From Octopus sinensis (taxonomy: Eukaryota): a stretch of 64,000 nt of DNA. Under the pieces are notes generated by a model, which worked only from the letters and a program-made list of their open reading frames with translations, made no database searches and was not told the origin of the DNA. Where the stretch lies: positions 68,696,001 to 68,760,000 of the forward strand of contig NC_043009.1 of NCBI RefSeq assembly GCF_006345805.1, in the 5' to 3' direction. The first letter of the stretch is position 1; each line of letters opens with the position of its first letter. A program made the position numbers and the translations under genes. Below are positions 52,737 to 64,000 of the stretch, in pieces.

Positions 52737-53101
52737 CTAGCACTATGACTCGGAAACGCCGGGTCATGGTGCTAGTGTATGCATATACAGCTGCGTGAGT
52801 GCGCACATACACGCGAGTACTGTCCAAATCTCCGACCAATCGCATACAGCTAGCTGGCATTCAATTGACGTATCAAGTTTCGCGCATTTTGATTGGGTTT
52901 TGGATAGAAAATTCACAAAAAAGTCACTTCTGTTGATTTTTTTAATGGCTTTGCAGGGTGACTGGGGAAATGTAAAGATGTGCACGACCACCTTTGGACA
53001 GTTTTGAATGACCATAGAAAGTGCGAGCCCTCTAACTGAACAATTGTGGATTTGTATAAAGGATACACAGACAGACATTTTGCCGTTTATATAAATAGAG
53101 A
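52737..53101 (-). mobile_element. Non-autonomous Helitron-like element
   Basis: Minus strand starts A|TCTCTATTTATATAAA and ends with the hairpin ACTAGCACCATGACCCGGcgtttCCGAGTCATAGTGCTAG|T (52736-52776). This gives 5' TC, 3' CTAG and insertion between A and T. Confidence 0.7.
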
Positions 53102-53309
53102 TTAAGAATGTTATGACATCGACGATGTACCAAGACAAGTTATCTGCTCCAGGGTAATCGGAATAGCTCTTGCACGTGAACTTCGTAATGACCCTGCGGC
53201 TGATCTTCCTGCTTATCGTCAAAGATGGAAACGTTCACATGTAATTACTACACCAAATATACTTTTGACTTCGTATACACACACGCACGCACGCACGCAC
53301 ACACCCGTA

Positions 53310-54067
53310 TACGAGGGTGAGTCAAAATGTAATGTCATTTTGTTTAGGACGGGTATAATTACCAACACAGGAACATGTATCATACATCAAAATGAAGCTG
53401 GTCTTCTGTGGCTCACATCCCTACTTCTCAACATAGTCACCGTTTCTCTCAATAGCAAAGTTCCACCTTCGAATGTATACCTGCTCCGTAAAATTCTGTT
53501 GACTGTGCTTTGAGCCACTTCACTACAGTTTTCACTTCCTCGTCAAGCCAAGAGATTCGACAATGTTGTAAGCACTTCCATGGCTCACTTCAAGGTTTTC
53601 TGCCAACTCATCAAGAGTTATGCGCCTGTCTTCTCTGATCAGGGCATCTGCTTTTGCTTTATTGGAAGGATTCACTGATGCGGACGGACAGACGGCCAGA
53701 ATGGGGTTTATCAGCTACACTCACAGTTCCCATCTTTTCATCTTACAGACGATGGTCCTACCTGAATATATTGTTATAATCTAAAGTATTTGTCCCCAAA
53801 GACACTTTGTAATCGTCGGCGAATGTTCACAAGGGTTTCCCCCTCAGCAACAAGAAACTCAATCACTGCTCTTTGTTTTTAAATGACTCTAAGGGGACAG
53901 CCATTTTGAATTTTCCTTACCAGTCTTAAAACCTGAAAAGTAGGAAACAAAATATTTCAGAACGTAAATGATAGAATCATTTATAACTGGGGAAAATTTC
54001 AGTTATTTTTATCAAAAACTTCACATGAAATAAAGAAAATGGCATTACTTTTTGACTCGTCCTTGTA
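53310..54067 (-). mobile_element. Internally deleted mariner (Tc1/mariner) transposon
   Basis: About 30-bp imperfect TIRs (TACGAGGGTGAGTCAAAATGTAATGTCATTTT / AAAATGGCATTACTTTTTGACTCGTCCTTGTA) with TA ends. Frameshifted transposase remnants QRAVIEFLVAEGETLVNIRRRLQSVFG, DALIREDRRITLDELAENLEVSHGSAYNIVESLG and C-terminal RWNFAIERNGDYVEK*. The DD34D core is deleted. Confidence 0.9.
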
Positions 54068-54832
54068 CATACTTATGTATATATGCAATCATATTTATAT
54101 ATTGTACATTTTATATGACTATTTGTACGCAGCACCGTACCTCTTTTCAAGTTTCCTACAGGTCAACATCACAGAGCCGACACCGATTTCAACGGAGTAA
54201 TGATCGCGAGAACATTTTTTATTTCCTCTTTGTATAATTCCTTTTGGGATAAGAAGCGTAGAAACTTATTTTGAGAACAGCTGTGATGGCACAAGATTAT
54301 GGATCTCATTGGTCTATATTTACAACATGTACCGGGAAGCAGAATAAAAGATACAAATATTGGATTGCAAAAAGAGACAATGGCTTCACCATATTCATAA
54401 TACGAACCGTCATGACATGGATACATTTAGAAAAACAATTTCATATAAAAGTTTCTATAAATACATGAAATCGTAAATTTTTGAGACGTAACATGATCCT
54501 TTTACCCGTCTTGTGTATTGCATGAGATACACGGGACGTATTACCCCGGGGCCCAAGCATCATATATGATATACATTCTCAATTTTTTCAACCACGTATA
54601 TTCAGTATTTTTCATGTCAATGACTAAGACGAATATTCCAGCCGACAATACCAAGAAACTCTGCCACCATCCATGGGCCCGGGAACAGGGGGTGCAGGGG
54701 TTGTACTTCCATCCCATAAAATTTGTGGGGTGCAAAATTCAATATGGCACGCCCTACTGACATTTCCCAGGCTTAGAAAAAAGAACAAAGAACTAAAATA
54801 AATGAAAAGAACATCCCCGCCACAAAATCCCT

Positions 54833-55015
54833 GGCGTAGGAGTGGCTGTGTGGTAAGTAGCTTGCTTACCAACCACATGGTCCCCGGTTCAGTTCCAATG
54901 CGTGGCACCTTGAGCAAGTGTCGTCTACTATAGTCTCGGGCCGACCAAAGCATATATATATATACATATATACGACGGGTTTCTTCCAATTTCCCTCTAC
55001 CAAATCCACTCACAA
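54833..55015 (+). mobile_element. SINE S1 5' part with internal inversion
   Basis: Forward S1 to CCGACCAAAGC (54951). The next S1 segment then appears reverse-complemented (about 54952-55015). Confidence 0.8.
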
Positions 55016-55041
55016 AACAATAATTTATTAAAAAAAACATA

Positions 55042-55632
55042 AATCCTCGGAACTTTCCATGAAGTTTCCTACCAATTTTCCAGGAAATCCACGGAGCTTT
55101 CCAGGAAATCAACGGAACTCTCCAGGAATCCCTTGGAGATTCCAACGAAATTCTCAGAACTTTTCAGGAAATCCTCGAAATTTTCCAGAAAATCCACGGA
55201 ACTTTCCTACCAATTTTCCAGGAAAGTCGCGGAAATTTCCAGGAATTGCTTGGAGATTCCAAGGAAATCTTCGAAACTTTCCAGGAAATTCTCGGAACTT
55301 TTCAGGAAATCATCAGAATTTCCAGGAAATTATCGGAACTTTCCATGAATTCCACGGATCTTTCCAGGAAATCACCAGAAGTTTCCAGGAAATCATCGGA
55401 ACTGTCCAGGAAATCCTAGGAGCTTTCCATGAAATCCTCGCAAATTTCCATGAAATCCTCGGAACTTTACAGAAAATCCTCGGAATTTTCCAGGAAACCC
55501 ACGGAACTTTCCAGAAAATCGTCGGATCTTTCCAGAAAATCCTCGGAAATTTCCAGAAAATCCTCGGAGATTTCCGGGAAATCCTCAGAACTTTCCAGGA
55601 AATCACCGGCAGTTTCCAGGAAATCCTCGGAG
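55042..55632. repeat. About 21-bp minisatellite, consensus GGAAATCCTCGGAACTTTCCA
   Basis: Roughly 25-30 diverged units. Irregular in the first half and regular 21-mers from about 55300. Confidence 0.9.
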
Positions 55633-55679
55633 GTCTGCGCTTTTCTAGTTATACCTGTGTTTGTTTCGATATTAAGATA

Positions 55680-55795
55680 TTAAGATGAAAGGCAAAGTCG
55701 ACCTCGGCGGAATTTGAACTCAGAACGTAACGACAGACGAAATATCGCTAAGCATTACGCCCGGCGCGCTAACGTTTCTGCCATCTCGCCACCTT
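55680..55795 (-). mobile_element. SINE S2 5' part, CpG-intact
   Basis: GATGAAAGGCAAAGTCGACCTCGGCGGAATTTGAACTC...CTGCCATCTCGCC. Confidence 0.85.
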
Positions 55796-55874
55796 ATTTA
55801 CTAGAAATAGTTGCCCAATTCTCCTTAATTCGCAACATAACGTTTTAAAAACAGAAAGAACAATGAATACTGTA

Positions 55875-56170
55875 GTTCTGGTAGTGAGTTCGATTCCCGG
55901 GCTGAGCCGTGCTGCGTTCTTGTGCAAGACACTGTATTTCACGTTGTTACATATAGTTCGCTCAGCTGTAGAAATGAGTTGCGACGTCACTGGTGCCAAG
56001 CTGTATCGGCCCCTTTGCTTTTCCCTTTGATAACATCAGTGGCACGAAGAGGGGAGGCAGGTATGCATGGGTGACTGCTGGTCTTTCATAAAAAACAACA
56101 TTACCTAGACTTGTGCCTCGGAGGGTAACTGTCTAGGTGCAATTCCGTGGTCGTTCATGACTGAAGGGGA
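55875..56170 (+). mobile_element. SINE S4 copy (5'-truncated)
   Basis: GTGAGTTCGATTCCCGGGCTG...CAGCTGTAGAAATGAGTTGCGACGTCACTGGTGCCAAGC. Confidence 0.85.
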
Positions 56171-56339
56171 TCATTCCTTATGCGTAACAGCAGAATGGAA
56201 TTGTCATGACTCGAATGTTTTGGTAAAAAAATTCTGCTCGATGAGGACTGGCCTGGGACTACAAAACAACGTCAACGACAACGATAATAAGAATAACAGA
56301 AGAACAGTGAAGTAGCAACCTTGAATGAAGAAACCTTTA

Positions 56340-57200
56340 ATCATAGACTTTCCAGCTTCCAATCGTAGCCGTCTGTCTTATTTAAAGCGTCTTTCCATTT
56401 TAAAAGCAGCAGACTTGGCGCGAATTAGATGTTATTTCTGGTGGGTCGACCGATCACATAGACGCCCTCCCGTTGACTCGCTAAAAGCTCGGTCATCTAG
56501 TCATGGATTGGTACTTGATGCCATAACTAAATGTTGCACAGCTTTGTCACGAACAGGATTTGCTGCTTGTGAGTGGAAATGTCTGTCTAGGACTGCGTGT
56601 GGAAGTAATTAACGACGCTCATGAACATTTAACAAGATTTTGTCACTGTACATAGTGTTTTCTGTGTTGGTCCTTTAACAAAAACTAACAACAACAATTT
56701 CGCACCGAGAGAGAGACATACTACTGGGAGTTATGACGATTAACTGATATAGCAATCCGTGACTGGCCCATTCACAACTGGGAAATAATTGTGCTATATT
56801 TATGGCGACAAAATCTCTGTCTTCTATCTGCCATTGGTTGGTGGTAAATGAGAAAGGAGACGTCGAGAGGCTGCCTGAACATTCTTGGATCACCGCCAAA
56901 AGCCACCTTTATATAGGGCTCAGTGAGAAAGTTCTAGAGAGTCGAATCAACGATGGCTTGACGCTGATTGATTGCTTAATCGGCCGATCACGTGAAACTA
57001 CTGCGCTTTGGTCGTTATGTCTACTCGGCTAACAAGCGAGTCGGTTTCGAATCTGCTACACTATTTAAACAAAAGTTCCTCAAAAAACGATTCGACCCTA
57101 ATCTGGGGTTGCCTGTGAGGAGCCAATGAGGATCGAAAAAGGGGTCATGCTTGGCAAAATTTGCCGTGTTTTATTAAATTAAGATGGGTTTAAACTTTTA
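56340..57200 (-). mobile_element. Possible RTE-like LINE 5' end
   Basis: CpG-rich non-repetitive stretch ending in RQTATIGSWKV, similar to the IGTWNV start of APE endonucleases. Decayed. Confidence 0.3.
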
Positions 57201-57269
57201 AAATTGTCCCCTGGCACTATGACACTATCCTGACGTAAGCTCATTTCTGATTTTTCATGAAAGAGGTGG

Positions 57270-58090
<821 letters not shown>

Positions 58091-58619
58091 TAAAAATAGT
58101 CGTTTGATCACCTGGAAATAACAAACACATCACCTTAAAAAAAATTGCATTGGTTGTTGTAGCCGAGAGAACGCTATAAGAAAAAGGCGGGACAGTCATG
58201 GATGGACAGATCATAGATTTGTCCAATTGGAACCGACTCGTGACTAAATAAAACATCTCTCAGCAGCGTCACCAAGAATGACGATTCAGGAATTTTTGCC
58301 ACTAAACACGGGACGTCATGGAGCGTGGCAGCAGCTCTCAGCCTACGATGAGCGTATAGCATGGTGGTTGTTGTTGTAGGAGTGGTAGTCGGAGGCTTGT
58401 GTCTTCAAATAGTGAAACCATCTGTTCTAAATCTATTTCACATTTTCGGCTCTATTTATAAACAACATTCACAAACGCTGTCATCCAAAGTTATCAGGGG
58501 TGTTCTACAAAACATCGATCAAATTAGCTTTCTTACTGTTTGTTTTTTGTTTTGTGTTGTTTGTATTTTTCCTGTTCCACATATCCTATTTCATTAACCC
58601 TGTTCACACGCCTGAACAC

Positions 58620-58976
58620 ACACAGACACAAACATCTGTGTGTGTATGTATGTATGTATGTATGTATGTATGTATGTATGTATGTATGTATGTATGTATG
58701 TAGTATGTATGTATGTATATATATATATATATACACGCACACATACATGCATACATATATACATACAAATATATATATATATACACGCACACATACATGC
58801 ATACATATATACATACAAATATATATATATATATATAGATATATATATACACGCACACATACATGCATACATATATACATACAAATATATATATATATAT
58901 TATATATATATATATTATATTACATTATATTATACTATATTATATATATATATAATATAATATATATATATATTAT

Positions 58977-59018
<42 letters not shown>

Positions 59019-59230
59019 ATATATATATGATATAATATGATATAATATAATATAATATAATATCAATAATATATAAATATATGCATATATTTATATTATT
59101 TGATCGAACGCCACGCATACTTTTCCGAGTTTTATCTGTCTATCTATCTGTATATATATATATATTATATATATATATAGAGAAGAGAGAGAGAGAGAGG
59201 AGGGGGGAGAGAGAGGAGGGAGAGAGAGAG
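58620..59230. repeat. Compound microsatellite block with three copies of an about 55-bp (TA)CACGCACACATACATGC unit
   Basis: Direct reading. Confidence 0.9.
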
Positions 59231-59351
59231 AGAGAAAGATAAATGCGTAAACAGGATCTATTCAAACAAATTAATTAAAAAATCAGTGATTGAGATGGAA
59301 GAGATCCCGTAATTATACCACCCAGGTCACACATTTCAAACTGTTGCAATA

Positions 59352-59562
59352 TACAGTAATCCGTCGACTGTTGCGGGTGTTACGTTCCAAAACCTCGCAC
59401 AGAAATAATTAATACCTAAAACAATATAAATACCTATCGATCGCAGAAACCCGCGATATGCTGAGGATTCCGCGATATAAAATTTATTTATATAAGTCAG
59501 GAAAATCCGCGATGTACTGAGTGCGCGATAGGTGAATCGCGATGTGGCGAGGGATTTCTGTG
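59352..59562. mobile_element. Tigger/pogo-type MITE
   Basis: TA|CAGTAATCCGTCGACTGTTGCGG...TCGCGATGTGGCGAGGGATTTCTG imperfect TIRs with repeated CCGCGAT motifs. Confidence 0.65.
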
Positions 59563-59689
59563 TATGCAAATGCGTGTAGAAATATGCATGAAAGTGTAAG
59601 TACTCTAGCTGTGGTATCTGCATATAATCAGATACTTATCGCATTATACGGATCCATGGCAAAAATATGTAAGCGTATATAAATGGTTG

Positions 59690-59825
59690 TAATTGGCTGT
59701 GTGGTAAGAGTTCAGTCCCACTGCGTGGCACCTTAGGCAAGTGTTTTCTGCTATAGCCTCGGGCCGACCAAAGCCCTGTGAGTGAATTTGGTAGACGGAA
59801 ACTGAAAGAAGCCCGTCGTATATAC

Positions 59826-59866
<41 letters not shown>

Positions 59867-60060
59867 CGTCTCTCCACCATCACTTGACAACCAATGCTGG
59901 TGTGTTTGCGTCCCCGTAACTTAGCAGTTCGGCAAAAGAGACCAATAGAATAAGTACGAGGCTTACAAAAAATAAGTCCTGGGGTCGATTAGTTTGACTA
60001 AAGGCAGTGCTCCAGCATGGCCGCAGTCAAATGACTGAAATAAATAAAAGAATAAAAGAA
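59690..60060 (+). mobile_element. SINE S1 near full-length copy
   Basis: TGGCTGTGTGGTAAG...GACTGAAATAAATAAAAGAATAAAAGAA. Confidence 0.9.
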
Positions 60061-60514
60061 TTTATACAAATAAACCTAAGCTGTCGGCGAGATTACATAC
60101 GGTTATCACTGCACGGTATCCGACCATTTCATTTATTGGAGATAACACAACAGGAGACATTGGCTAAGCTTGAACAAGGCTAATCTTTTTCTTCCCTTTT
60201 TTTTATGTCTTTGCTTTGAATGAAAAAAGGCCTCCATTTTTAAAAATAAATTATGCGTATTTATTGGAACGATCGCCAAATTGATCATCATATTGCTATT
60301 TTGTGATGTTTTGACGAATCAGTCCCCATATGCACTGTGAAAGACCGTTTACACAGTGCGTAAGACTGAATCAATACTTGCAATGTAAATTGATGAAACG
60401 ATTGCAAACAATGCATTGGAATCAATATCGCAATCTCCATTGTTCAACGTTTAAACACACACACACACACAAACATACACACACGTATCTTTGTATGCGT
60501 ATGTGTGTGTATAG

Positions 60515-60780
60515 ATAGATAAGTTTATTTATTAGCTCCACAGGGCCGAACACAGACGGGTCAAAATACAATGTTGAGCTTTTCTTTTCGTAAATAGAAA
60601 AAAAGAGGAGAAAAATAAAGTTCCGATCAAAAAGGATGGCGAGAGAAAAAGAAACGATCAAAAGGGATTGTGTATCACAGAAAATATTCAAAAGGTAAAA
60701 AGCAAGATTAGGTTTATCCGTGGAAAGAAAAGCCTATGGAAAAGACTACGGTAACATCAGACAGGGAGGGGATAAACACA
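60515..60780 (-). mobile_element. LINE 3' UTR with AATAAA and (CTAT)n tail
   Basis: Minus strand ends GGAGCTAATAAATAAACTTATCTATCTAT. The terminal region resembles the element at 46640. Confidence 0.4.
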
Positions 60781-60954
60781 TGAGAGCATAGTGCTCTTTC
60801 TCTCTCTTTTCTCGATTTACAGGATCATGCTCAAAGTGGTTTCGCCACTCGCACGTTCCATCTTTGCTACATTGACCCACCTTTTATTGAAACTTTCACA
60901 AGACAAAACTTGCCTCTATTCTCGTGGTACTTGAAAAAGATGATGAGCGATTGG

Positions 60955-62920
<1,966 letters not shown>

Positions 62921-63219
62921 GTTGATTCTCTCTTAACTGCACTGTTTCAGTTCGTTTTAATGGAAACTGAAGCAGGTGCTTTGTTTTACCCCTCCCCCCC
63001 CCCTCACTCCTCAACCGCCACCACCGCTCTCACCGACCCTCCACCACCGCTGCCGCTGCCGCTGCCACCACCAACAACAGCAACACTTCATTCTCGAATG
63101 TTATTTTATTGAACTTTTTGCTGAAATTCTTCATTTTTTTTGGCGTTGTTTTTGGTGTTTGAGTTTTATCTCTGTCTCCAGATGGGATGTCTGTGTTCCT
63201 AAGCAAAAGGAAGGAAAAG

Positions 63220-63251
63220 TAGTAGTAGTAGTAGTAGTAGTAGTGTTGGTG

Positions 63252-63283
<32 letters not shown>

Positions 63284-63293
63284 GGGGGTGGGG

Positions 63294-63340
<47 letters not shown>

Positions 63341-63355
63341 GGTGGTGGTGGTGGG
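63220..63355. repeat. (GTA)n/(GTG)n trinucleotide tract
   Basis: Direct reading. Confidence 0.95.
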
Positions 63356-64000
63356 ATCTTTATTTGCTACTATAGTGATTAAACGAAAGGACGTGAGAGC
63401 AGCTTCTCGAAGCAATGTGAGCTTTATTTTATCGATCTTGAAATGAATTAAGGGCAAAGTTGACTGCCACCAGATATAAACTCAGAATTTTAGAAAATCA
63501 CAGACATTTTGTTCGATGCTCTACTGATTTTGCTAATCTACCGTGAATGTGTGAAATCTGCTCCTGACTCAAGTGGGTGTTTATAATCCAATGAAGCCGT
63601 TTGTTCCAGGATTTCCCGAATAACGCTGGAATGGTAGAAACAGCAGATTACCAGCGAAATTACTTCTGTGAAAAACCTTTTTACTGGGTTCGAATATCTC
63701 TCAAACATATTCAAACTGGTATCTACTTATGAATTTACTACGGCGTGGCTGCCAAAGTGCGCCGCCAATAATTAATTTGATCGTTCGGAAGGGGGGAGGG
63801 CTTATTTTTCTAATTAGAGAAACCTAGTTTGTTAGTTCAGAGCTGCTTCTCTTTGGTATCTGGTGCTGAGGAGAAGATAGCCACTTCGAAATGCATGCAT
63901 CCAATATTCCAAAAAGCGACGCTCTGAACTCACCATAGTGTTCTTACACCATTTTATCTTCAGCGACAATATTTCTCCATGTCAAACTACAGCGAAAGCC

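Noticed and set aside
55059-55688. 209-aa ORF with heptad-like repeats (QEILGTF / PGNPRNF)
   Set aside because: It is the translation of a 21-bp (7-codon) minisatellite whose unit lacks stops, so several frames on both strands are open. There is no splice, promoter or homology support.

Overview
Eukaryotic, AT-rich DNA dense in microsatellites and SINEs. The repeat families look like those of a coleoid cephalopod, most likely Octopus (recognition, not a database result). One real gene is supported: the first coding exon of BLTP1/KIAA1109 (tweek) on the minus strand (40077-39867), with a YY1/ETS-type promoter near 41.3-41.6 kb. No second exon could be found, so intron 1 apparently fills positions 1-39866. 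That intron is visibly CpG-depleted below about 36 kb, whereas 36-64 kb keeps its CpGs. The rest is mobile DNA: several tRNA-derived SINE families, LINE remnants (RTE, R4/Dong-like, CRE-like), a deleted mariner, a hAT remnant, piggyBac-, Tigger- and hAT-type MITEs, Helitron/Helentron-type elements and a TSD-flanked U2 snRNA 5' fragment. The most notable observation is a tRNA-headed element whose 3' arm carries a Penelope-type minimal hammerhead-ribozyme motif. It occurs twice, both times as a head-to-head inverted dimer (8435-8949, with an 11-bp TSD, and 43063-43638). Also notable are a second hammerhead-like motif beside a perfect hairpin (45022-45134) and a 21-bp quasi-palindromic minisatellite rich in STAT/kB-like motifs next to an internally inverted SINE (54833-55632). 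Most ORFs in the supplied track are microsatellite or SINE artefacts. Repeat boundaries were read by eye and are approximate unless a TSD or TIR is quoted.
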